Counted from the stretch's first letter, positions 40,033 through 54,150 are shown. The stretch is DNA of 64,000 nucleotides from Bugula neritina (GCA_964035545.1 OZ037769.1:17656078-17720077); one strand, 5' to 3'. Notes: a model not told the origin generated them from the letters alone. A program made the numbers and translations.

Positions 40033-43000
40033 CAGGGCTGAGGCTGACAAGAGCTTTTACAATAGGCTGTTTTAACTTTTATTAGAAACATGTTTGGCAA
40101 TTTTTGAATGATATTAACAGCTACAACTTTTAAAACAAAATAAAACGACAGAAAAGCAGCTATGTGTTAAGGTAGTGTTAATCAACAGTGGATTTCATAG
40201 CTAATAGGAGCAGATATAGGTCAACTGAGCTCACCTAACTGCCTAGCACTGGAAGTTTTACTAATTCCTCCAAGGGTTGGTAGTGAAGGTTAGACAACAC
40301 AAACTTAATGAAAGGAAGAGTTAATATTGTAGCAGTAAGCAATTCATTTAAACACAAACCTGAACTGATGAAAAGTTTTGATGAATCAAGCGCAGAGAGA
40401 AGTCAACTTCTACGTGTTGGCTTGTGAGCATCTCATGGATATAAAACTGGTCTTGATATCAAGGTATAGCTTCTATCTGCATGTGGTTAAACACAACTAC
40501 AAAACAGAAAATTGAAATTTATTATAACTATAATTATAAGCCTTGCAGTTGCATTTACTCAAATGACTGCAGTATCAAATTGACTAGAAATGGGTAGCAG
40601 CAGTCTATCAATTAAATAAAATAATCAATGTGAATTCCAAGCCTATGAATAAATACAGATCAACAACCAGTAAACTAAAAGATAACGTTGGTAAAAAGTT
40701 ATTAAATGACATGCTAAACAAAGGTTTACCTTGGTAAGATGACCAAACAATTTCAGTTACACGAACATTCACTATGAAGAGCAATTTACTACAATGACAG
40801 TGCAGCAGACGTGCTCAGTCATCCGTAACCAATCACTGCTCAGTCGTCTGTAACTGATCACGTGATTATTGGGGCATGCGCTATATCTCATGACTCACTT
40901 CCAATGGTGTTAGCAATTCAGTGCAATCTGTATGCAGCAAAAAGAGCAATACTAATTTTGGTGCCTAAGATTCTATGAGGCTTCAAGTTACAGAATATAA
41001 TGAAGGGAAAACAGAGATGTAGCAATCAAATACTTTTAAAAATTTGTCCTCTTTATGCAGCATTATCAATCATGCTTAGGGCAAAATAAACAGGAAAAGA
41101 TATCACTACTAAATTAACCATTAAGAAAACAAAAAACAATTTAATGACCCAAAAAGACATAAAGAAATTGAACAGGTGAGCTCAAGAAACTGCTTGTTCT
41201 AGAAGCCATTCAGGTAAATGATGAAAATGAGTGTTGCAACTTGGTGTTTTGATTTTTGGAATTTTTATGGAGCTTTATCATTCTTTAAACCATTCACCTT
41301 TAAATCACTAATTTCTGTTATTGAATGCAACTAGATATTAGCATGAGGTTAGGGACCTACAGCAAAAGGCCAGGGTTTTGCTTGCCCTTGCTTAGTCACA
41401 ACTCTGACTACTGTTTGCAGGTAAACATTGAAATACTTGTTCACATGTGTTGGGGCAGGTCATGGTCATGAATTACTAGACATTCTGTATAGCATTAAGT
41501 TTACTATAAGATGTGTATACTGCGTCACTGCCTGATGAAACAACACTTGTCAATAATAATTTTAAATAGCATGATTCTTAGGATGAGGAGAATTTTTACT
41601 TAATGCAATCTCATATTTCTAAACACTTATAGTTCTCAATAATTTAAATGTATACTGAAAATACATCAAACTTAAATATTTGGTAAATAATAGTAAGAGA
41701 AGTAGAGGCTATGATATAACAACAGAGAACAATTAAAGGACTGGAGAAAATAATGAGTTGAAATAAAACATACCACGGACAGATAAAGATGAGGCTTACA
41801 GGGATGGAAGAATAACACAGAGAGAAAAAGAGTACAGGTTGCTGTTCCTCTGCCCATTCTGTAACACAAAAAATAGTAAATAAACTTGTTCAAAATACAA
41901 TAGAAAAAAGGAAGCAATAAAAACATCACCTGTAGAATTTTTTCTATCAAATTGACAAACTTATTAGCAAATTCCAAGCATTCGGAAAACCCTCAACACT
42001 ATGCTAACACTGTATAGGAGTATATATTATATATAAAGTTTCCAACTGGTTAAATAATTGAACCAACATCAAAATTCTCTACTCGTATTATACAGATGTG
42101 TGATATAAGTAGGAAATCTAGTAACCTAATGAGTTTAGTATAAAACAGTATAAATTTACAGCTCTAAAACCTGCATGGTAAACCAACAAGTCAAAACATC
42201 AAGGCAGACATTCACAATAAAAGTGACTGTAAAACATTAAAATTTAATTAAAGCACGAAACAGGTTTTTTTTTAGAGAATACAGTATAGAAAATAAGTAT
42301 GTTGTATAATGCATAGTAGGAGAGACTTTGACAAAATTACACTGCGCCCAAGCTAACACCCAAATGCTAGTCAGTCAAAATTGGAATATTCAACAGATTG
42401 GGGTAAAATAATATAATTACGGTATACAGGTAGACATCAACCACCAAGGGTATGTATAATCAGGTTAAGATAAACCGCATAAAACTTCCAGGCCATACCA
42501 ACTTACAGAGAAGTAAAATAATATATCAGTTCAACCCTAGTCAAATTTTATTTGTAATTCTTAAAAATATAACTTGATGAAAAGTTTGAAACTGTTTACT
42601 GGTTAAATTGTGATTAATTTAAAATCCCCCCCCCCCCAAATAATTCTATAAGTAGTTTAATCAAGGATTCATGTTATACTTAATAAGAATTGTTGGGACT
42701 TTACAGAAGTTGGGAAAGTTTTTCCCTAATGCATTATAGCTTTTCATGTATAATTATTACAGCTATGCAAGCTATATTACACAATAGCTGACCTTTTTGA
42801 CTGGTATAACAACCCAGTATTTTCATTTATCTTTACGCTTGCAACTTATGATGTAAAGGTTTTTACATTGCTACTTTCTTTTAGACTGCTACAATAAATA
42901 TATTAAAAACAACAGGAATTACCTCCATATAGCTCATCCAGCTGACACATGCCAAAAATAATCTAGAATGACTTTGTCGAACTTTATACCCAATTGGTTG

Positions 43001-46000
43001 GTTGTCTAGTAGATGACCATGTGACCATCACAGCAGTTACTGCAAGAAGAAAGCAGTCTATAATTATGTGGTGTTGCATATCATGAAAAACAATGAAATA
43101 AAATACTAAATATAACTTATTTTATAAAACATTATTGAAGAAAGCAACAAAAGTAAAAATGGAGAACAACAGGGGGGGGGGGGATTCACATTTTTTATTG
43201 ATGTATAGGTGTACAGAAGAGTGTCACACTTGATTAATTTAAAAAAATGATTTGCTGAAAGAGCCATAACCAAAAATCAAAAATGAAAGCCTGACTTGTT
43301 TTCTTACCACAAGCAAACATAGCACTATGTAAACTTATATTTTTTAATAAGAGGTTTTCACACATTCAGCAATAAATTGACAGAACAAGAAATATGATTG
43401 AAAAGTGCTCATTTAGATGGAATGAGGTTTGGTAGTATTTACAAGGTCCAAAATCAAATGAATTACTTATTGATGGTTTTCAATGAAGGCAATGATTTTA
43501 TTAACAGGAAAGTAAAATCTTAAAAATAAAATTCCCAACCATGTGCTGATTTTTTCTCTCTCCAGTCAAATTTTGTATGGAGCTAGGGTAAGGTTGACAA
43601 GAGCTTTTACAATAGGCTGTTTTAACTTTCATTAGAAACACGTATGGCAATTCTTAAACGAAATAAACAGCTATAACTTTTAAAGCTAAATAAAACGACA
43701 GAAAAACAGCCAAGTGTTACGGTAACATTATTCAACTGTGGAGTTCATAGCTAACAGGACATATAGTATAAATATTTTATGTACCCCACTCACACAGTTG
43801 CATTTTAATCATCACTCTATACAGTTCTATGTGCACAACTTTACAAAGTTATATATTCTACACTTTATACAATTATATTGCCACTTTGATCAAAAGCACA
43901 TGCTTCACTATTTGAGTAGTAACGCTTGTTATGCTCATCTTAAACCAAACTTTGTTGAAGAAAAGGTAGAAAAAGCTGAATCTAACATCATTTACGAGAG
44001 TAGCTATCCCCTAGGAGCTAGAATAAAACTACTAAGGAGCAGATATGGGTCAACTGAGTTCACCTCATTGCCATGCACTGGTAGTAGCTTTATGAATGCT
44101 AAAATCTAATAGCACATAACACAGGGAAAGAGTAAATATTTATACAATAAAAAATTAATTTAGACACAAACCTGAACCAATGGAAGGTTTTGATGAATCA
44201 AACACAGAGAGAAGACAACTTCTACATGTCGGCTTGTGAGCATCTCATGGATATAAAACTGGTCTTGGTAGCAAGGTGACTTCTATCTGCATGTGGTTAA
44301 ACACAACTACAAAACAGACAATAAATATTCTAAACTACCTTAATATATAAAACATTTCATTTTAATTAGCTAATAGTGAATGTTTGCAGAGCTGAGATAC
44401 TAGTCTAATGACTACAAGTGATTAACTTGAACAAATTCACAAGACTTGGAGTTAACAAGACTAAAATAATAAATAAACCATAACATTTTTACTACCAGTT
44501 CAAACAGAAATAGATATACATGAATTATGGACATCAGTTATCAAGAAGAATACAAGAAGCACAAGATGATTCTTCCAATACATCGTGTAAAACTAGTAAA
44601 ATTGAAACCACAGAGAAAATTATTGTAAATAATAAATACCTAATTAAAACCAAAATGGGGCTCTCAGAACTGACCACAGTTGGCTAGGTCCTATCTTCCT
44701 GGTGTAGACCATATGTTCTCTAATGTGTGAATATCTGAGACATTCTAAAAAAATAAACACATTTGACAAATTAAAGTTGTTGAATAAATGATGACAGACA
44801 TGTATGAGACAAATTATAGACTGTGAAATCTAGAGTATGGGAAATTTGTATCATGATAAAATCAACTTAGTCTACAGAACCAGGAAAGACACTTCCTTTA
44901 ATCAGAAACTTTTTCAGTTGAAACAACGTAAACTGAATATTCCACTTTTTAATTTCAAGGAATGATTATGACTATAATAATATGAGTATGTAACTGAAAT
45001 AAAGTCAAACAAATTGAATTATTGGGTAGGAGTTAGAACGCATTGCACAGTTATGGCTATTTTGAAAAGAAAATTTGATTTCAATTATGAGCCATACAGT
45101 ACAGAGTAGCAAATCAATGAAATAAAATCATAAGCTTGTACATGTGGTGAGCAAAGCAACAGCCGCACTATTACAGAAAGGTCATTGTAAAATGTTAGTG
45201 TAAATATTTGTGTGAAGTCTAATACTCCTGCAGAGGGCTTGATATAGAATCACAAAAATTATGTCTAATGATCATATATCACAACAAAATACCGTAATTA
45301 TTAAAACGGCATTATATTAATAGATTAATTAACCATCCCTTCAGTGTGGATAACAATTAATTAAGGCAAGCAGATAAAATCAAGCTGAAGACAGGTCTAT
45401 TGTAAAATGAAAAATTTATAGAATGAAAATGAAAAAAAAACTTTAAACGCTGAAATAAAAAGAAAATATGATGTCAGCAAAAATGGCTTGGCATATTATA
45501 TGATTAGTGGTACAGCAGCACCAGTATTATGCTTAGACAAGAAATTATCCCAAAGGATAAATTTTCAATAAACTAAAGAAATGAGCACTGACTCACTGCA
45601 TCAACTATTAGCTAGAAAACCTTACATGAAACTAAAAGAAGTAACAGCTAGGGTGCTAAAATGTATAGCTCACTAATTGAAGTATTATACTAAGATTGTT
45701 ATTCTTAGTATCGATTTTGTAGTTTAGTTCAACAAACCAGAGAAGAACAGGGTCGAAGTTATTTTGAAATCAAGCCAATTTAAAGCCAAGCTAAATTGAA
45801 ATTCATTATAGAAGCTTTGCAGCTGCATTTACTCAATTGACTGCAGAATTGCATTGACAAGAAATGAGGAGCAGTTTATCAATTAAGTACAAAACTTAAT
45901 GTGAATTCCGAGAATGAATGAATACAGATCAACAGTTTACTAAAGAAAATGTTAGTAAAAAGCTATTATAAATAAAGTATTGAATAGAGAATTACCTTAT

Positions 46001-47581
46001 TGGTGCCATGACCAAGCAGTTTCAGTTGCTGGACCAGTTTCAGAATCTAATGAAGGGAAAGCAGAGATGTAGCAATCAGATACTTTTAAAAAAAAGTGTC
46101 CTCTTTAAGCAGCATTATCAATAATGTTTAGGGCAAAATAAAGAAGAAATAAGCTAGATTAACCATAAAGAAAAGAAACACAAATTAATGACACAAAGAG
46201 ACATAAAGAAATTGAACAGGTGAGCTACAGAAACTGCTTGCTCTAGAAGCTATTCAGGTGAATAATGAAAATGAGTGTTGCAACGTGGAATTTGACTTTT
46301 GAAATTTTTATGGAGCTTCATCATCCTTCTACCCATTCACCATTAAATCACTAATTTCTCTTATCGAATGCAACTAGATATTAGCATGAGGTTAGGGACC
46401 TACAGCAAAAGGACAGGGCTGTGCATGCCCTTGCTTACTCCCAACTCTGACTACTGGTTGCAGGTAAACATTCAACTACTTGTTTAAAATGTGTTGGGGC
46501 AGGTCATGGTCATGAATTACTAGACAATCTGTATAGCATTAAGTTGACTATAATATGTGTGTACTGTCACTGTATGCCTGATGAAATAACTTTTATGGAC
46601 ATCAATTTTAAATAGCAGGAATTTGGGATAAGGTAACTTTAAAATAAAACATACCACAGACAGATAAAGATGAGGCTTACAGGGATGGGAAGAATAACAC
46701 AGAGAGAAAAAGAGTACAGGTTGCTGTTCCTCTGCCCATTCTGTAACACAAAAAAATAGTAAATAAACTTGTTCAAAATACAATAGAAAAAGGAAATCAT
46801 GAGTTATGGCAATAGAAACATCACCTGTAGAATTTTTCCTATCAAATTGACAAATTTACTAGTAAATTCCAAGCATTCAGAAAACCCTCAACACTATGTT
46901 AACTCTGTAGAAGTATATATTATATCTAAAGTTTCTAAGTGGTTAAATGATTGAACCAACATCAAAATTTTCTACTCATATATAATACAGATGTGTGATA
47001 TAAATAGGAAATCTAGTAATGTAATGAGTCTTGTGAAACAGTATAAATTTACAGCTCTAAAACCCACGCCGCAAACCAACAATTCAAAGAATCAAGACAG
47101 AAATTCACAATAAAAGTAGCTTTAAAACAATATAATTTAGTTGAAGCATGAAACACCAGTTTTAGAAAATATAGAAAATAAGTATATTGTATAATGCATA
47201 CTACGAGAGACTTTGACAAAATTACGCTGTACATGCCACAGTTAGCCCTAATTTGCGAATAATTCAAAAATGCAACATCCAGCTGCATGACTGAAACTGA
47301 AAACTTGGACATGCGAAAGTAATAACCGGCTAACCTCACACTTCAAATAGAGTAGTATGCAGTTCACCTCAGTCTGAAAATAGTTCAGGTCAAGCAAAGA
47401 TCAAACAACTCCAACTAATACCAAACCATCCAGAAGGAATATTATGAAGCAGCAATCAGTAACCTGTAAGTGAAACAAACCAACACTGGGTTTGAGCCAG
47501 GAAGGTTTCAGACATATCTAAAGCAAATAAAGTTGCAAAGATATGTAAATGATATCTTTATACGAAGCTAGGGTGGGGCAA

Positions 47582-48327
47582 AGGTGATCTATATGAGAGT
47601 GGCGACTTTAGGGAATCATGGAGACATCAGTATGCAGAATTCTGCGCTGCGAGTTTATAAAAGTTAAAAAGGGAAAATTTTGTCACTTTTTTATTTCATT
47701 ATTATTTCTATTTTATGTGTACATTTTTAAAACTCACTCACTAATAATTATGCACGTGTAGCTTAATATATTGACAATAGAAAGCCCAAAGTTATTCAAT
47801 TTAGTTTCAAATAGCATGAGGAAATTTATTTGAATTAAATTCTTAAGAATTATTATTATTTGAACTATTTTAAAAATTTTTATCCAATACTAAGTTCACA
47901 CCTTTGAAGCCATAAAAACAATCATTAAATAATTCATTGAGTGCGTTAAAATATTTTTTTTGTTTTTGGAATTTTTTTAAAAGTTCTTGAACTTCTTTAT
48001 TGAGTTGAAACATATAAAACAGTATAAATTAAGCTCATGAATTACAACCGTGTTCAGTGCCAGTAAGCTGCACAGAATAAAACGTGTCCATCATTGAAAA
48101 TGCAATTAAATCAAGTTTCTGTTGATGATCGAATAAAAATTGTTGAATTCATTTATAATTTTTATCATAAATCTTTAGGGAAAACATGCAAAAAAGGACA
48201 AAAACTCAGTGAAATTATTACGCAACAATCCACTGTAATTATATAATAATATGAGGCACGCCTCCTACCAATAAGTAGCATAATGGTGGACAACGCCCTA
48301 AGATTGCCACTCTCATATCGATCATCT
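47582..48327. mobile_element. ~745-bp non-autonomous DNA transposon (MITE) with 32-bp terminal inverted repeats
   Basis: Left end AGGTGATCTATATGAGAGTGGCGACTTTAGGG (47582-47613) vs right end CCCTAAGATTGCCACTCTCATATCGATCATCT (48296-48327) is a 27/32 reverse-complement match. It interrupts AGCTAGGGT^AAGGTTGACAAGAGC, which is intact in the copies at ~37407 and ~43582. Confidence 0.8.
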
Positions 48328-51300
48328 CAGGGCTGAGGCTGACAAGAGCTTTTACAATAGGCCGTTTTAACTTTTATTAGAAACATGTTTGGCAATTTTT
48401 GAATGAAATTAACAGCTACAACTTTTAAAACAAATTAAAACGACAGAAGTGTTAATCAACAGTGGATTTCATAGCTAATAGGAGCAGATATAGGTCAACT
48501 GAGTTTACCTAACTGTCTAGCACTGGAAGTTTTACTAATTCCAAGGGTTGGTAGTAAAGGTTAGACAACTTTAACTTAATGAAAGGAAGAGTTAGTAATG
48601 TTGCAGTAAGCAATTCATTTAAACACACACCTGAACTGATGAAAAGTTTCGTTGAATCAAACACAGAGAGAAAACAACTTCTACATGTCGGCTTGTGAGC
48701 ATCTCATGGATATAAAACGGGTCTTGATGGCAAGGTGACTTCTATCTGCATGTGGTTAAACACAACTACAAAACGGACAATAAATTTTCTAAAATACCTT
48801 GATTTATAAAACATTTCATTTCAATTTGCTATCGAGCTGAGATTCTAGTCTAAAGACTACAAGTGATTAACTTGAACAAATTCACAGGACTTGGAGTTAA
48901 CAAGACTAAAATTATGAATAAAAGATAACATTTTTACTACTTCAAACAGAAATAGATAAACATGAATTATGGACATTAAAATACAAGAAGTACAAGATAA
49001 TGATTTGCCTAACATCATTTAAAATTGGTAAAATTAAAAACAGAGAAAATTATTGTAAATAATAAGTACCTAATTGTAACCAAGATGGGGCTCTCAGAAC
49101 TGACCACAGTTGGCTAGGTCCTATCTTCCTGGTGAAAACCATATGTTCTCTAATGTGTGAATATCTGAGCTGCTCGGAGTGATTCTAAAAAACAAAACAC
49201 ATTTGATAAATTAAAATTGTTGAATAAATGATGACAGATATATATGAGACATCTCATAGGTCCTAAAATCTAGAGTATTGAAAATTGTATCATGATAGAA
49301 TCAACATAGTCTACAGAACCAGAAAAAAACTTCTTTGAACAAGAAATATAACTTGTTTTTTATAGTTACAGCAGTTTAAACTGAATTTATTCCACTTAAA
49401 CTTTTCAATTTCGAACCATGATTATGACCATGATGAGTATGTAACTGAAATAAAGTAAAACAAAATAAATCATTCAGCATAAGTTGAACGTTATTATAGC
49501 GAGAAAAAAATTAAAATATTAGATTTCAATTATACTATTATTCTTAGTATTGATTTTGTAGTTCAGTTCAACAGACCAGAGTAGAACAGGGTAAAAGTTA
49601 CGTCAAAGTCAAGCCAATTTGAAGCAAAGCTAAATTGAAATTAATTATAACTATAATTATAAACCTTGCAGTTGCATTTACTCAAATGACTGCAGTATCA
49701 AATTGACTAGAAATGGGTAGCAGTCTATCAATTAAGTACAATATTCAATGTGAATTCCAAGCCTATGAATAAATACAGATCAACAATCAGTAAACTAAAG
49801 ATAATGTTGGTAAAAAATTAATAAATGACATGCTAAACAAAGGTTACCTTGGTAAGATGACCAAACAATTTCAGTTGCACGATCATTCACTACGAAGAGC
49901 AACTTACTATAATAATGACAGTGCAGCAGACGTGCTTAGTCATCCGTAACCAATCATTGCTCAGTCGTCTGTAACTGATCACGTGATTATTGGGGCATGC
50001 GCTATATCTCATGACTCACTTCCAATGGTGTTAGCAATTCAGTGCAATATGTATGCAGCAAAAAGACCAATACTAATTTTGGTGCCTAAGATTCTATGAG
50101 GCTTCAAGTTTCAGAATATAATGAAAGGAAAACAGAGATGTAGCAATCAAATACTTTTAAAAATTTGTCCTCTTTATGCAGCATTATCAATCATGCTTAG
50201 GGCAAAATAAACAGGAAAAGATATCACTATGCTAAATTAACCATCAAGAAAAGAAACACAAATTCACGACACAAAGAGGCATAAAGTAATTAAACAGGTG
50301 AGCTAAGAAAACTGCTTGTTCTAGAAGCCATTCAGTGTTGCAACTTGGTGTTTTGATTTTTGAAATTTTTATGGAGCTTAATCATTCTTTAAACCATTCA
50401 CCATTAAATCACTAATTTCTGTTATTGAATGCAACTAGAGAGTAGCATGAGGTTAGGAACCTACAGCAAAAGGCCAGGGTTTCGCTTGCCCTTGCTTAGT
50501 CCCAACTCTGACTACTGTTTGCAGGTAAACATTGAAATACTTGTTCACATGTGTTGGGGCAGGTCATGGTCATGAATTACTAGACAATCTGTATAGCATT
50601 AAGTTGACTATAATATGTGTGTACCGTCACTGTATGCCTGATGAAATAACTTTTATGGACATCAATTTTAAATAGCAGGAATTTGGGATAAGGTAACTTT
50701 AGAAAATAAAGATTTAAAATAAAACATACCACTGACAGATAAAGATGAGGCTTACAGGGATGGGAAGAATAACACAGAGAGAAAAAGAGTAGAGGTTGCT
50801 GTTCCTCTGCCCATTCTGTAACACAAAAAATAGTAAATAAACTTGTTCAAAATACACTAGAAAAAAGGAAGCAATAGAAACATCACCTGTAGAATTTTTT
50901 CTATCAAATTGACAAATTTACTAGTAAATTCCAAGCATTCAGAAAACCCTCAACACTATGCTAACACTGTATAGGAGTATATATTATATATAAAGTTTCC
51001 AACTGGTTAAATAATTGAACCAACATTAAAATTCTCTACTCGTATTATACAGATGTGTGATATAAGTAGGAAATCTAGTAACCTGATGAGTTGAATATAA
51101 AACAGTATAAATTTACAGCTCTAAAACCTGCATGGTAAACCAACAAATCAAAACATCAAGGCAGACATTCACAATAAAAGTGACTGTAAAACATTAAAAT
51201 TTAATTGAAGCATTAAACATGTTCTTTTAGATAATACAGTATAGAAAATAAGTATGTTGTATAATGCATAGTAGGAGAGACTTTGACAAAATTAGCCCAA

Positions 51301-52534
51301 GCTAACACCCAAATGCTAGTCAGTCAAAATTGGAATATTCAGCAGATTGGGGTAAAATAATATAATTATGACATAGAAGTAAACATCAACCACCACATGT
51401 ATGTATAATCAGGTTAAGTTAAGGCACATAAAACATCCAAGTCATATCGACTTACAAAGAAGTAAATTATTATATCAGTTTAGCTTCAGTGCAACTTTTA
51501 TTTGTAATTCTTGAAAATACAACTTGATGAAAAGTTTGAAACTATTTACTTGTTGAATTGTGAGTAAATGCAAATTTGTGAACAATTGTATAGATAAATA
51601 GCTTCATCAAGGAGACATGTTATACTTAATAAGTATTACCTCCATATAGCTCTTACAGCTGACACATGCCAAGAATAATCTAGAATGAATTTGTCCAACT
51701 TTATACCCAATTGGTTTGTTGTCTAGTAGCTGACCATGTGACCATCACACCAGTTACTGTAATAATAAAGTAGTCTATGATTATGTGGTGTTGCATATGA
51801 TGAAAAACAATGAAATAAACATAAAATTCTAAATACAGCTCATTTATTACAACAGCAGTAGAAAAAACAAAAAAAAGGGAAATGGAAAAATACAAAACAA
51901 TCATATTTAATCTTGAAGATTAATCATTACTCAAATAAGTAGAAGAGTGTCATCATGCTTAATTAAGTTAAAATATGATTTGTTGAAAGAGTCATAACCC
52001 GATAAATAATAAAGCTAGCAAATATACCTGATTGTTACCAGCAAGCTAAACATAGTTACCAAGTGAGAACAAAATACTTCCCTAGTCTGGAGGCTGCTGA
52101 GTCACAATAAACTGATCAAACTATTCTTACTGACAGAGCAGACAATTTGAAATTGTGAGCCTTTGAAAATCCTAAAGAAAACAACTACCTCATCATACTC
52201 AAAGAAACTGAGAGAAGACAACTACATTATGAGAGTTCAGGAAAACAAAAGAAGACAACTACATTAGGAGCAAGCAGCAAGCTGCACAAATTTCCATTAC
52301 CAGAGTTGGCTAATAATAAAATTACAACATCACGTGAAATAGCATGGCACATTATTGATTATTAAAAACACACAATAGAATACGAATAGATATGTAACTA
52401 TACAGGTATGTAGATGATTTTTAGAAAATACTGCAAGTTTCCTCCACAAATAATTACAATATTCAAAAAGTGAATCAGAAATTTAAACAGATGGAAAATT
52501 TGGAATGTTTTACAATATTATATAATATGTGATA

Positions 52535-52550
52535 TGGGGTTTGGGGTTTG
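52535..52550 (+). repeat. Short interstitial telomeric sequence TGGGGTTTGGGGTTTG
   Basis: Same motif and polarity as the terminal array, 2.1 kb proximal to it. Confidence 0.7.
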
Positions 52551-53049
52551 AACTGAAAAACTGAAGAGAACTAACATAAAAATACTGAGAAGAAACAAAC
52601 AACAGCTTTTACACAAATCTGAGAAACCGTGAACAAACAGAAAAGGCAAAAGTGAAACAGAGTGAAGTGAAAACAACAGTCATAAAAGCTTTCTACGGCC
52701 TGCATGTGTTACTAATCTGAATTCAGCAGAGGAAGTGTTATATTAAGATCATTGTTGACTTTGTAAACACTATTAATCTAAATACAGTAGATTACAAGAA
52801 ACAGGCCATAATGGTGAAACTGATTGCCTCGAAATATTGAGTAGTGATTTAAAAAAATCAACTTTGGCAAAATCTGAGCATGATCATGGTGTTTAAACGG
52901 TATGAAAATACTTAATAGGGAATGAGGGAAAAACTTTCAAAACTCAAAATGAGTGAATCATATTACATACAAATTAAATGATTTTGAACAGAAAATGAGT
53001 TCAAACTGACTAACTTAAATGAATGAAAAATAGGAACAAATTACCATTC

Positions 53050-53900
53050 TAATATTACATAAACTCGAGTATGAAAATACAAAACATATTATATTTTTAT
53101 ACTACTATTACCTATTTGTTATTAGCATAAAAACAAACACAACTAATGGAGTAAAATTTTTACTCTATTCATAATATCAATTTGAATGATGAATATAAAT
53201 TTTCGTAGTCATATACTGATGGTAACAAAGTAGAATAGTAGCGATTATAATGATGAATGTCAATATGCATAAAACCCAATTTCCAAGAAGACTAGAACAA
53301 GTACTAAAACTAGACGAACGAAACACAAATAAAGACACCCAACTTGAAATAGCATTTCATTACAATTATGACTAATGCCAATGGTCATAGTCATGCGTAT
53401 AAGTTACCAGTAGAGGTTTGAGTTGTGGGAAAATGAAATAAAACGGGAGCCTGGAAGAGACTGAAAATGAGAATAATAATGATAATCAATATCATAATGA
53501 TAATTTAAAATATTATCATAATCATTAGGCATTGCAGTTATGATTATAATTATTATAATAATAGTTGACATTATGATTATAATCATCATCGATTTTTGTT
53601 ACCTGTGGTTATCAATATCCTATTGATATTTATTCTGATAATAAAAGCAAAAATGACAACTAATACTATAACTATTAATATTAGTTATTACTCTTACTAC
53701 TACTGTTAGTGCAAGTATTTGTGTTAGTAATACTAATAGTAATACTAATAAGCTACTAAAACTACTAACAATAGTCGAGTGAGCTACTATTACTCTATAA
53801 TCTATTGGCATTACTCAAGTCATTAGCCTTAGTGTTACTCTTACTAACATAATCTTAATGATGAAGTTTAGCATAAAATGAAAACGATTAAAATTAAATG
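53050..53900. repeat. Cryptic ATT/TAG/TAC-rich low-complexity DNA
   Basis: Same degenerate tri/hexanucleotide texture as 8.5-13.3 kb. Confidence 0.65.
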
Positions 53901-54029
53901 CAAAGAGCCACGGCTTGAAATTTAATTGAATTAGCAGTTACTACATACATATTACTGCGACAGGGTTAACGATTCTCTAAACAGAATTTGCAGAAGACAT
54001 CAGTGTAGGTTCAGCCGAGTGAATGATGA

Positions 54030-54150
54030 ATGGCAATCCAATTAGAACCACGATTGAACACGTGCTTGTTACGTCATGTATCGTGACGCCTGACTGGCCG
54101 CGCACGGCTTTAAAATCCATGGACTGCGAATAACGGCTGTCCATTGGTTG
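54030..54150. promoter_or_regulatory. CpG-rich promoter-like patch adjacent to the telomere
   Basis: CCAAT 54038-54042, CACGTG 54059-54064, TTACGTCA 54069-54076, GTGACG 54083-54088 and ATTGG 54143-54147, with many CpGs in otherwise CpG-poor DNA. Confidence 0.4.

Larger units (their letters stand above)
35086..52055 (-). repeat. Tandem array of ~4 mosaic copies of the 4-6 kb subtelomeric segmental repeat (reverse orientation)
   Basis: The anchor TTTACAGCTCTAAA recurs at ~35977, ~42155, ~47048 and ~51112. The block CTTGTGAGCATCTCATGGATATAAAAC recurs at ~37994, ~40421, ~44233 and ~48692. Copies differ by large indels. Confidence 0.95.

Noticed and set aside
43738-44109. Recurrent ORF family (also 29995-30273, 30215-30448, 37605-37856)
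   Set aside because: Similarity simply reflects the segmental duplication. The frame is broken differently among copies and no domain is recognisable.
53950-53969. piggyBac-like end (CAGGGTTAA)
   Set aside because: No matching opposite terminus was found.
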